From NCBI GenBank assembly GCA_963726455.1, contig CAVSCK010000004.1, positions 1,472,001 to 1,536,000 on the forward strand: DNA of 64,000 bases, written 5' to 3'. Of this stretch, positions 51,273 to 60,607 are shown piece after piece. How positions within the stretch are numbered: the stretch's first letter is position 1; every line of letters starts with the position of its first letter. The stretch comes from an uncultured bacterium (GTDB lineage Bacteria; Zixibacteria; MSB-5A5; CAIYYT01). Under the pieces are notes generated by a model. It saw only the letters and a list, made by a program, of their open reading frames with translations, ran no database searches and had not been told where the DNA came from. The translations under genes and the position numbers were made by a program.

Positions 51273-52274
51273 CTATAACCAACCCTGATCCTGGTACCAT
51301 TGGTAGGTGTCGGCTATCGCCTGTTGCAGGGAGCAAGTCGGTTCGTAATTCAAGAGCGCTCTGGCTTTGGCAGACGAGCAGACCCAGTAGCGGTGCTCAA
51401 GCTCACGCACTTTGTCTTTCTTGAGCGGGAAACCGTCGTTGGAGCCGAGCAACGAAGACACGAGCTTCAATATCGGCACCGGTATTCGCAGTGGCCGGAT
51501 GTCTACTTTGATTGTATCGGCAATCAGCTGTTGTACTTCCCACTGCGAGATATCTTCGACGGACGTTATGAAGAACGTCTCCCCTGCCGCTTTGTCGTTG
51601 AACGCGGCACGGATTGTGCCGTCGACAACGTCCCTGACATAGGCCAGACTGACGAATCCCTCTTTGCCTCCGAACTTGAGCATCCACCCAAGTTTGACAT
51701 ACTTGAAGAATACGAACACATCCGTGTCGCGCGGCCCGAACACTGCCGGCGGACGAATAATTGTGATCGGAATTCTGTCCTTAAATGCCAATGCCGCCTC
51801 TTCGCCTGCCAATTTGCTGGCGCCATAATCGGAAACCGGCGTCGGAGCATCGGCCTCAGTCCGGAGTTTGTGTTCGCGTGACGGTCCGGCGGCTGCCTGA
51901 CTCGAAATGAGGACGAATCGTTTGAGCCGGGTCGCATATTTGGCGGCCATTTCCAACAGATTGGCGGTGCCATCGCGATTGACCACCATGTATTGGTTGA
52001 GTGATCGGGCGCTGATCAGGCCGGCGGAATGGAATATGTAGTCCATCTGTGGGAGTATGTCTTCCAAGGACTTCAGGTCCCCAAGACTACCTGTAACGGG
52101 CGTATATTTAAGCTCGCTGATCAGGTTGAGCCGCGAAGTCGGACGCAGCAAGAGGTAGAGATCGCATCCGAGTTTGCTCAGCGCTTCGGCAAGATGGCTG
52201 CCGACAAAACCGGAAGCGCCAGTAACCAGAACCTTAGGATGTTCAGGGAGTTGGGGATTAAATTGACTTGACAT
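51273..52274 (-). CDS. NAD-dependent epimerase/dehydratase (extended SDR), probable ceramide reductase CerR
   Basis: VTGASGFVG, ISSQAAAGP, YGASK, RPPAVFGPRD; divergent from spt. Confidence 0.8.
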   Translation of the reverse strand: MSSQFNPQLPEHPKVLVTGASGFVGSHLAEALSKLGCDLYLLLRPTSRLNLISELKYTPVTGSLGDLKSLEDILPQMDYIFHSAGLISARSLNQYMVVNRDGTANLLEMAAKYATRLKRFVLISSQAAAGPSREHKLRTEADAPTPVSDYGASKLAGEEAALAFKDRIPITIIRPPAVFGPRDTDVFVFFKYVKLGWMLKFGGKEGFVSLAYVRDVVDGTIRAAFNDKAAGETFFITSVEDISQWEVQQLIADTIKVDIRPLRIPVPILKLVSSLLGSNDGFPLKKDKVRELEHRYWVCSSAKARALLNYEPTCSLQQAIADTYQWYQDQGWL

Positions 52275-52361
52275 AAAACTATTAGTCAATTATGATAGCC
52301 GACCTGTTGGTTGAGAACATTCTGCCAATCTACCTAGTCGGAGGCCGAAAGCAAGTCAATT

Positions 52362-53555
52362 ATGGATCTGTTCGACAAGTGCAAGAACTTCACGCGGTCG
52401 CTTGAAGTAAAGGAAGCGGGTTTCTACCCCTATTTCCGTCCGATTTCATCTGCTGCCGATACAGTAGTCACGATCCACGGTCAGAAAATGATCATGATCG
52501 GCTCGAACAACTATCTCGGCCTGACCACTCATCCCAAAGTCAAGGAAGCGGCGATTGCGGCGACTCGGAAGTATGGATCCGGTTGCACCGGCTCACGCTT
52601 ACTCAATGGCACGCTTGATTTGCACCTCGAACTGGAGCAAAAGCTGGCTAAATTCATGCACAAGGAAGAGGCGCTGGTCTACTCGACGGGCATGCAGACC
52701 AATCTGGGTACGATTTCGGCGCTGGTCAACAAGGGCGAGTTTGTCATTATCGACCGTTCGGATCACGCCAGCATTGTTGACGGCTGCCGGCTTTCATTTG
52801 GACGAACGCTCAAGTACGAACATAATAATATGGACGATCTGGAACGCCTGTTGACCGGCCTTGATCCCGACACACCTAAGCTGATTGTTACCGACGGTGT
52901 ATTTTCGATGGAAGGCGATATTGCCAAGTTGCCCCGACTGGTGGAACTTGCGCACGCGCATAATGCCAGCGTCATGGTGGATGATGCTCACTCAATCGGA
53001 GTGTTGGGCGCGACCGGCGCCGGGACCGCCGAGCATTTCGGCCTGACCGATGAAGTTGATGTAACGATGGGGACATTTTCCAAGTCGTTCGCCTCGATCG
53101 GCGGATTTATTGTCGGCGATGCGGAAGTTGTCGAATACGTCAAGCACGTCTCCCGGACGATGATATTCTCCGCGTCGATTCCGCCGGCCTCTGCGGCTGC
53201 GGTGATGGCGGCGTTGGACATTCTCGAAGCGGAACCGGAACGACGCAAACGTCTGTGGGACATCACGCATCGGATGCATCGCGAACTGAAGGGCCTGGGG
53301 TTCAACATTGGTACCACTGAAACACCGATTGTGCCGATATTGATCGGCGACGAGACGGAATGCTTCCAATTCTGGGCGATGCTTACGCAATCCGGAATTT
53401 TCGCCAACGCGGCGATACCACCAGCCGTGGCACCGGGTCAGGCGTTGATAAGGACAAGTTACACCGCCAATCATACGGATGAGCAACTGGATCACGTTCT
53501 TGATACATTCGCGGCGATCGGCAAGAAGACGGGATTGATTTCGGCGATGGTGTAG
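52362..53555 (+). CDS. spt: Serine palmitoyltransferase (alpha-oxoamine synthase family)
   Basis: GFYPYFRPI, GSNNYLGL, GSRLLNGT, HASI, DDAHSIGV, GTFSKS, FSASIPP; adjacent to a bCerS-like gene. Confidence 0.78.
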   Translation: MDLFDKCKNFTRSLEVKEAGFYPYFRPISSAADTVVTIHGQKMIMIGSNNYLGLTTHPKVKEAAIAATRKYGSGCTGSRLLNGTLDLHLELEQKLAKFMHKEEALVYSTGMQTNLGTISALVNKGEFVIIDRSDHASIVDGCRLSFGRTLKYEHNNMDDLERLLTGLDPDTPKLIVTDGVFSMEGDIAKLPRLVELAHAHNASVMVDDAHSIGVLGATGAGTAEHFGLTDEVDVTMGTFSKSFASIGGFIVGDAEVVEYVKHVSRTMIFSASIPPASAAAVMAALDILEAEPERRKRLWDITHRMHRELKGLGFNIGTTETPIVPILIGDETECFQFWAMLTQSGIFANAAIPPAVAPGQALIRTSYTANHTDEQLDHVLDTFAAIGKKTGLISAMV

Positions 53556-53575
53556 CCGTCACCGGGGCGCCCAGA

Positions 53576-54742
53576 ATGAAACTCGAAGAAATCGACATAA
53601 TCGAGGTCACCTCCAGGTCCGACCTCAAGAAATTCATAAAATTTCCATGGAAAGTCTATGCGGGAGATCCCAACTGGGTTCCGCCGTTATTGGTTGATCG
53701 CCTGGCATTCTTCGATCGGAAGAAGAATCCTTTCTACCGCTACGCCAGAGTTCAGTTATTCCTGGCCGTGTATCATGGCGAAGTGCTGGGGCGCGTCGCA
53801 ACCTGCGTGAACTATATCCACAATCAATTCCATCAGGAGAAGACCGGATTCTTCGGGTTCTTTGAATCGGTGAAGGACTACGACGTTGCGCACCGATTAT
53901 TGAAAGTTGCCGTCATTGCGCTCAAGAAACACGGGATGGAACAGATGCGCGGACCGGCAAATTTCTCAAGCAACCATGATTGGGGATTGCTGGTCGACGC
54001 TTTCGACAAGCCGCCGGTGGTGCAGATGACGTACAATCCGCCCTACTATGTGGAGTATTTCGAGCGTTTCGGCCTGACCAAGGAAAAGGACTTGCTGGCG
54101 TTTGCGATGACGGAAGAAAACCGTCCACCGGAACGGATGGCAAAGATCGTCGAGAGAATTCGCGAGCGTTCAGGAGCGAAGTTTCGGAAGATCAATTTGC
54201 ACGATTTCGACGCGGAAATCATGCGTGTGATCAAAGTCTACAACGACGCCTGGGAAGACAATTGGGGATTCGTGCCGTTGCATGAAGATGAGTTTGTTCA
54301 CATTGCCAAGGATCTGAAACAAATCGTCGATCCCGACCTGGCGCTGTTCGCCGAAATTGACGGTGAGCCAGCCGGGTTTGCTCTGGCGATTCCTGATATC
54401 AACCAGGTGCTGATCAAGCTTAACGGCCGATTGCTGCCCTTCGGTTTGATCAAACTGCTCTGGAATCTGAAAATCAGGCGCAAAGTCAATCAGGCGCGGG
54501 TGATCACGATGGGAGTCGTGAAGAAATTCCAAAAACGGGGCATCGATAATGTTTTCTACCTCGATCTATTCAATAACGGTACTGCCAAGGGCTACAATTT
54601 CGGCGAACTGTCCTGGATTCTGGAAGATAATCATCTGATGATATCGGCGCTGGAGACGCTTGGGGCCAAGCGCTACAAGACGTATCGAATATACCAGACG
54701 CCGCTGATGACGGTGTTGGAAAACCTACCGAGTCCCGACTGA
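53576..54742 (+). CDS. Tandem-GNAT acyltransferase, probable bacterial ceramide synthase (bCerS)
   Basis: FPWKVY..DPNWVPPL, GFFGFFE, RGP, YNPPYY, YNDAWEDNWGFVP, IPDIN, ELSWILEDN. Confidence 0.8.
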   Translation: MKLEEIDIIEVTSRSDLKKFIKFPWKVYAGDPNWVPPLLVDRLAFFDRKKNPFYRYARVQLFLAVYHGEVLGRVATCVNYIHNQFHQEKTGFFGFFESVKDYDVAHRLLKVAVIALKKHGMEQMRGPANFSSNHDWGLLVDAFDKPPVVQMTYNPPYYVEYFERFGLTKEKDLLAFAMTEENRPPERMAKIVERIRERSGAKFRKINLHDFDAEIMRVIKVYNDAWEDNWGFVPLHEDEFVHIAKDLKQIVDPDLALFAEIDGEPAGFALAIPDINQVLIKLNGRLLPFGLIKLLWNLKIRRKVNQARVITMGVVKKFQKRGIDNVFYLDLFNNGTAKGYNFGELSWILEDNHLMISALETLGAKRYKTYRIYQTPLMTVLENLPSPD

Positions 54743-54815
54743 TCCGGCGCCGCCGGCTCGGGTTTATAAAGAATCCACACATCGTCAGGACTGAGGCGGA
54801 GGGCACACTGCTACC

Positions 54816-55886
54816 GTGACTACGGTCGGTCAATCAGAACGAGAAACGCAGTTCGGCGAGGCGATTCGCGCCTTTTTATTTGATTCCCAGTGCCGGGAAT
54901 AACTTCAATTCATTCTTCGCCGGCACCTGGCGTCGAACGCTTGGCTGTCTGACATCGCTGCGCAGAAAGGGCTACCGATTGCCCGAGGCCGGTTCCAACA
55001 CTGAAGCCATTCCGCGCGATCTTATCTATGACATACTGGGTTCCCTGCTCAGAAGCGAGCGCGGTAAGCGCCCGTTTCATATCGTGATGGATTACTTTGA
55101 CTCCACGGTACAGTGCGGGCCGGTTCATGAGCTGCGAAGGCCGAAGAATTGGAACGCTCATTCATGATCCTGCTGCGCAGCTTCGTGCGACAGGAGCTTT
55201 TCCGGTTATGCCGCCAGTACGATCCACAGAAAGCCAATCTCAAACGAGGATTGACACAGGTGTTCGAAGAACTGGAGTACGGTCACACGTCGGCAGCGAA
55301 CAGCAACAGTGAGTACATATTTCTTGCCCGAAATTCCTCCTCCTTGCGGCTTGACCGACCGATGATAGCTCGTGATCGGCTGCGGCAACTTGTCGAGGAC
55401 GCGTTCCTGCAATCGACAAGCCGCCGTCAATGGTGCCTGAGAATATTCGATCTCCTTAATGAGTTGCAGGAGGTGCAGAATCGCTTGCGCAATCATGAAC
55501 TGCTGAGCGCAGCAGTAGCGGTGAATCTGCAATTCATGGAATTCGACTGCATGAGGCCGTCCAAGCTTCCGAATCCAGAGGATGATTTCGACGCGGAGAC
55601 TCTCAACGAAGCGCGCCGGAAGGCGGTCGAATGCATACGGGAGACCGTCATTCGGGACTTCGTCACCAAGGGTCGAATCACGGAAGAAGTCGGAGCACGA
55701 TTTGCAGTCGCCGCCGACAAGTATCTCACTGATTTGTCCGCGCATGGAAATAGTGATCCGATACCAGACTACTTCCGGGAAGTGATGCCCAAGGAAGAGC
55801 ACGCGCAGTATCTCGAAAAGTACAAGTACGTTTTTGAAACGGTGATTAATCGAGCCGTCGAGGAATTTCGTTCGCGGCTGCAGTAA
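54816..55886 (+). CDS. Divergent sigma-factor-like protein (~355 aa after removing three +1 frameshifts at ~54884, ~55102, ~55140)
   Basis: GGAGGG RBS upstream of a GTG; successive frames join into one helical protein. DLIYDILGSLL and FMILLRSFVRQELFRL resemble sigma region 2; lies directly upstream of a zf-HC2 gene. Confidence 0.45.
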
Positions 55887-55942
55887 ACATTTGACAGGAT
55901 TCGATTTCGGAGACTATAGAAGACTGTGATGGAGGTTGTGAA

Positions 55943-56803
55943 GTGAAGACACATCCGGAACAAAGCACACTCAAGGCGTTTGTGGCCAATGAGTTAGGCG
56001 ACATTGGGCAACTCGAATCGATTCGGGCTCACATCGCAGAGTGTGAATTCTGCCGGGAATTCTGTGATGATTACCGAGCTGATCTTGAGGCGCAAACTGA
56101 GACTGCGAAAGTCCAGCCGGAACAACGAGACTGGACTGTGGCCGACGAAATATTTTCGGACGTATACGCTGGACGGACGATCAGTCTGAACCTCTTACCT
56201 GCACCGCGTTCAATTTCCCAGATGTACCTCGCGGCGGACGGAGAACGGCCTGCCGACATGGTAACCAACCTGGCGACTTTGTTCTCGGAACAGCCGGAAC
56301 TCGTGCTGCGAGTGATGCGCGATGATGCCAGGGGCATAGATTACCTGCAATTGATTAGCGCCGATCCGCAGTTGGCAGCGCAGGCGATGATTCAGATTCC
56401 CGAAATACAAAAGCAGTATGTTACCGACGATACCGGCAAGGTGTTGCTGGCAAGAGACGAGCTTAGGGATCCCGAGAGTCTGCAGTGGGAAATCAAGCTC
56501 CCCGACGCGCGATTCACTCTGCGGCCGCTCGTGTACGACCCGGAGCATGTGGAAAGTTCGCGCGAAGTGATTCTGGAAACGGAACATCATGACCGCATAC
56601 AGGTGGTGTTCGAGACCAAGACCGAAGGCAAACAGATTCTCATCAGAGTACTCGAGATCGAAGGTGAGCCGAACTTTGGCACGATCCGTGTTTCGATCAA
56701 ACAGCAGAATATCCATCAGGTGAAAGAAGTGGCGCCCAATCAAAATGTTTCGTTCAATATTAACGACTCCGACCAGGAAATCAGCATCAGGTTGTTCCGT
56801 TAA
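55943..56803 (+). CDS. Soluble zf-HC2 (ZAS) anti-sigma-like protein with C-terminal beta-rich domains
   Basis: HP..L..F...L...IRAHIAECEFC (HxxxCxxC); GGAGG RBS; no TM segment. Confidence 0.75.
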   Translation: MKTHPEQSTLKAFVANELGDIGQLESIRAHIAECEFCREFCDDYRADLEAQTETAKVQPEQRDWTVADEIFSDVYAGRTISLNLLPAPRSISQMYLAADGERPADMVTNLATLFSEQPELVLRVMRDDARGIDYLQLISADPQLAAQAMIQIPEIQKQYVTDDTGKVLLARDELRDPESLQWEIKLPDARFTLRPLVYDPEHVESSREVILETEHHDRIQVVFETKTEGKQILIRVLEIEGEPNFGTIRVSIKQQNIHQVKEVAPNQNVSFNINDSDQEISIRLFR

Positions 56804-59269
56804 ATGACAAAGTCTCCATTGCAACTTGCGCGCGATTTTGCCCGCCTGCAAAGTCACTTATCCACCTGCCCGGCCGGAGATCAACGACTATTGGCATTGC
56901 TGGAATTCTGGCCGGAGATTCAGGAATACTCGGGCGACGAGGCATATCAGAGTTATTTCGATCAATACCTGCCGCTGTTGGCGCGCATGCTTGACAGAGC
57001 TATTCTCGCGGATTTGACAATCGTGGAATTGAAGCGGTTGCAGCAAATGCTCGACGAGAGCGGCAACAGGTCCGCTTGCGGTATGGTCGGCCGCGAATTG
57101 GCGAAGATGTATTTCTATGTTGGGGGAATTGAAGAGGGATTGCATGTGCTTGAATCACCCTCACCCCTGGCCCCTCTCCCGGAGGGCGAGGAGAAGAACG
57201 AATCAGGTGCTGATGTGGTACTTGAGTCACCCTCACCCCTTACCCCTCTCCCAGAGGGAGAGGGGAAGAACGAGTCAGGTGCTGATGCGGTGTCACCCTC
57301 ACCCCTGGCCCCTCTCCCGGAGGGAGAGGGGAAAAACAATGCACAAACACTCACGGCAGTAGGCAATTTGGTGCAGGGGATCGAAGCGACCAACGAATAT
57401 GTCGCATTTCAGGCCGTTTGCGTCCGGGCGACGGAAATAAATCATCCACTCGCGCAGGCGCTCAACGAGATTCTTACTGAATGGCAGGGTGAGCGGGAAG
57501 CTTCCTACCATGATCGTGCCAAGTGCCTGTTCGTCGAGCGGGGTGAGGACGGCAAGAACACTCGCGGCAGAATGCGAACACTGAACGGCAAGGTTGAGCT
57601 ATTCGGAAAGTCGGCGCCGACAGACGAAATTACTTTCGAGAATGCGATCAAAACACCGGATGATCCGTTTGTCGGGGTGGCCTATGATGCGTTTGCAGCG
57701 GTGCGAAACATTTTCAGCGCGTCCGGCTTAAGGAATCAGGGATCGCATTATTATCATGCGCATTTCAATATCGAAGACAGCGGCCAGACATTCACCGGCG
57801 ACTCCATCGGGCTGGCATTTGGCCTGCTTGCCTACACGCAGTTGCTACGGCCGGAGGCGCTGCGGCTCGACCGCCTGGTGTCGGGCGAAGTGGCATTCAC
57901 GGGTGGCGTCGATCGTGACGGCAATCTGACTGCGATCAACGATGACACTGTGCCGCAGAAAATCGAACGGGCATTTTTCTCGCCGGTCAAATACATCGTG
58001 CTGCCGGAAGCGAGTGGCCTGCCCAGCCAGGCAGCATCTGGACAAACTGCGCACCTGAAGTTTCCCCGACGCAATCTGCACCTGATCTCCGCGCGACGAA
58101 TTGAGGATGTCGTGGATGACCACAATATCATCCGCAGCGAGAAGGTGTGCATCGGCGAATTCGTAGCGAAGCGCGCAGCGAAATATGGGAAGATGACGAA
58201 AGTACAGGTGCCGCTTTTCCTGGTGCTTGCATATTTATTGGTCTGCCTGATCTATCCGAAGGCGTGGGTCGGGTTTGATTGGGAGCCGGCGTCTGTGAAA
58301 TTCATCACCAACGGTTTCATCGTATACAATTCAAATTCGCACGAACTTTGGCGGAAGCCGATGCCTTTCGACCCATTGGGCGATGACTCACTCTATGGCA
58401 GAGCCGCCGATCTCGGCGGAGATGGCAAGAACGAAGTCCTGGTGATGCCGTCGGTGAACAGGGGCTGCAAGCAGAGCGGCTGGCTTTATGTCTACGACAG
58501 CAAAGGGGATACTCTGTATTCGCGCGATTGCACGGTACGCGGCGAGTATCCCAGGTACAGGGGGGAAAAGGACCGTGATTCCGCCCGGTACTACGTTGTA
58601 CTCAATATTGTAAGGGATACCAAGAGGTCGACGATAATAGCTCAGACATACCAGGACTACCCCGACCGCGGAGCTATCAGGTTTCTCGACGGGCAGGGAA
58701 ATTATCTTGGTTGGTACATAAACGCGGGAGGAACCAATTTCCGAATGCCGGGCGATGTTAACGGTGACGGCATGGATGAGTTTATCTTCTTTGGCTACCA
58801 GCAGCTCCTGAATTGCACAGCGGTATTTGCGTTATCGCCGGATTCGAGTCATGGTGTATCGCCCCCCTACGAAGCCCCGGAACTCGACTTACGAAAGGTC
58901 AAGCGTGGCAATCCAGTCCGATACGTAATGTTTTTCCCCACGGACGTAGGCAGAATAATGCTGCGGGCGGGCTACAACAGCCTTATGAATTTTTTCAGGG
59001 AGGCAGACGGAACATATCGCGCTTCCGTCGAGGAGGCCGACACCGTACCCGGTGGAGCCACGGTTGACTACATTCTCGATTCGCGGCTGCGCGTCCTGAA
59101 AGTACGTCTGAGCGATGCGTTTGTAAATCAGAGACGGAACTTGATCATGGCCGGCAAAATTAGTGACATTCCCCGGACGATGTATGAAGATCAACTACGA
59201 GATAGTGTCACCTACTGGACCGGAACGGAGTACGTGACGGAGGGGCAACTGCGTAGCGCCGGGAAATAG
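56804..59269 (+). CDS. Single-pass membrane protein: cytoplasmic Lon-type (S16) protease domain, TM helix, extracytoplasmic FG-GAP repeats
   Basis: TGDSIGLA (Ser334), VAFTGGVDRDGNL, QKIERA (Lys386), IVLP; TM VPLFLVLAYLLVCLIY; DLGGDGKNEVLV and GDVNGDGMDEFIF. No Walker A motif seen. Confidence 0.78.
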   Translation: MTKSPLQLARDFARLQSHLSTCPAGDQRLLALLEFWPEIQEYSGDEAYQSYFDQYLPLLARMLDRAILADLTIVELKRLQQMLDESGNRSACGMVGRELAKMYFYVGGIEEGLHVLESPSPLAPLPEGEEKNESGADVVLESPSPLTPLPEGEGKNESGADAVSPSPLAPLPEGEGKNNAQTLTAVGNLVQGIEATNEYVAFQAVCVRATEINHPLAQALNEILTEWQGEREASYHDRAKCLFVERGEDGKNTRGRMRTLNGKVELFGKSAPTDEITFENAIKTPDDPFVGVAYDAFAAVRNIFSASGLRNQGSHYYHAHFNIEDSGQTFTGDSIGLAFGLLAYTQLLRPEALRLDRLVSGEVAFTGGVDRDGNLTAINDDTVPQKIERAFFSPVKYIVLPEASGLPSQAASGQTAHLKFPRRNLHLISARRIEDVVDDHNIIRSEKVCIGEFVAKRAAKYGKMTKVQVPLFLVLAYLLVCLIYPKAWVGFDWEPASVKFITNGFIVYNSNSHELWRKPMPFDPLGDDSLYGRAADLGGDGKNEVLVMPSVNRGCKQSGWLYVYDSKGDTLYSRDCTVRGEYPRYRGEKDRDSARYYVVLNIVRDTKRSTIIAQTYQDYPDRGAIRFLDGQGNYLGWYINAGGTNFRMPGDVNGDGMDEFIFFGYQQLLNCTAVFALSPDSSHGVSPPYEAPELDLRKVKRGNPVRYVMFFPTDVGRIMLRAGYNSLMNFFREADGTYRASVEEADTVPGGATVDYILDSRLRVLKVRLSDAFVNQRRNLIMAGKISDIPRTMYEDQLRDSVTYWTGTEYVTEGQLRSAGK
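57149..57337 (+). repeat. Three in-frame palindromic repeat units within the protease gene
   Basis: tcaccctcacccct...cccctctccc.gagg..gagg x3 (periods 72 and 66 nt), encoding SPSPLAPLPEGE. Confidence 0.88.
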
Positions 59270-59739
59270 TACAAATCCCGCTGGAAAATTCCACAAATCT
59301 GAGATTCCATCACTATAAGACTAATTGAAAAGCAAACGGAGCGATTCCGGGGTCACTAACTGTGGCGTTGCCTGGGGGCAGGCGCGGCACACAGGGGGGA
59401 AGGACGACGCTGAGCAGGTACTGGGGAAAGCTCACGGCGTTTTTGAGACCGGTAGTGGTCGACACTGCCGGTCGATTGTTTTGGGGATGGTCGGGAGCGC
59501 CTGGTGTGTATGATGCGACCTGATTGAGAAGAGTCGGGTTTCTCGTCCCGTGGTGTGCGAAATGCGGAAGGCAGTCTGAAGGCGGGTGTCGATGACACGT
59601 TCGGTGACTCGGTGCAGAGGGGACTCGGAACACTGACCTACGGAGTAAACCCAATCGCTGAAGCGAATGGGGCACCCGCGAGATCTGACCGTCGCGCACG
59701 AGGACGTACGCGACGCACTCATAGAAATTAGGATGGATG

Positions 59740-60459
59740 TTACTGAAGCAGTTCGACGGTGGTCTTGTCGGCGGTGGCCGTAACTTTCACCACGTCGACA
59801 CCTTCGGCATCACGCAGTAACACAATCGTATTCTTGGAATCGTAGCCGGCCTTGCTGAGGCAGACTTTCCAGTAGGCGAACGCCGCCTGGGCAACGCGCT
59901 GCTTCTTGATCTTGGAGAAGGAAGGCCAGGCATCGCCGACAGTCAAGGCCGCAGATGGCGCCTGACTATCTTTCAGTTCAGTGACGCCGGTGATAATTTG
60001 CAGAGTGGTGTCAGCGAGTCGTCCGCCCATCTTGAATTGTGTCCAGGGATCGACGTAGCGATCAAGCGAAAGCATTGACTCGTGAATGTAAGCAGTCGTG
60101 GTATCATCAAGCTGTACCTGCCACCACTGGTCGGTTTTGGCGGTCAATTTGACTTCGGCGCCCCGCGTTAGCTTGGTTATGATCGGAGCCGTCGTCGATG
60201 GTTGGCTGCGCACATTGATTGACGATTTGAAGACCCAGGCCGATTTGAGTTCCGGACCTTGGGGGGCAACTGTGGGTGATTTCGGCTTGGCGGAGTCGGA
60301 CGGAACCGTCGCCTCCACTTTTTGCTGTGCAGGTGGCGTCGGAGGCAGGGTCGACTGTTGTTGATGGCCGCAACCGGCGATGCCGGCGCTTAGTGCCGAG
60401 CACACAAGTACGCAACCGACTATTCGCAAGTTAATACCCCGTCGAGAAGTTTTAGGCAT
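59740..60459 (-). CDS. SH3-domain lipoprotein
   Basis: GGAGG RBS, lipobox IAG-C, Pro-rich linker, INVRSQPST...WWQV...AYIH. Confidence 0.85.
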   Translation of the reverse strand: MPKTSRRGINLRIVGCVLVCSALSAGIAGCGHQQQSTLPPTPPAQQKVEATVPSDSAKPKSPTVAPQGPELKSAWVFKSSINVRSQPSTTAPIITKLTRGAEVKLTAKTDQWWQVQLDDTTTAYIHESMLSLDRYVDPWTQFKMGGRLADTTLQIITGVTELKDSQAPSAALTVGDAWPSFSKIKKQRVAQAAFAYWKVCLSKAGYDSKNTIVLLRDAEGVDVVKVTATADKTTVELLQ

Positions 60460-60607
60460 CGTCCTCCGATTCGTGCGTTGCTGCCGATTGACAGCGGCTC
60501 GCAATGATGAGTCAATATTGGGATTGCCATTGGGGGTGTCAACAGAAAAGATGGAGTGGAACGTGTGGGGTCGCGACTGAAGTCCCTCCTACAATTCGTT
60601 AATTGAG

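Noticed and set aside
52362-53555. bioF or kbl annotation
   Set aside because: No biotin or tdh genes nearby. The YPYF N-terminus and the neighbouring bCerS-like and CerR-like genes favour spt, though this is not proven.
56804-59269. Housekeeping Lon, RadA or CRISPR CalpL
   Set aside because: No AAA+ or RecA domain, no SAVED domain and no cas context; only the protease domain is shared.
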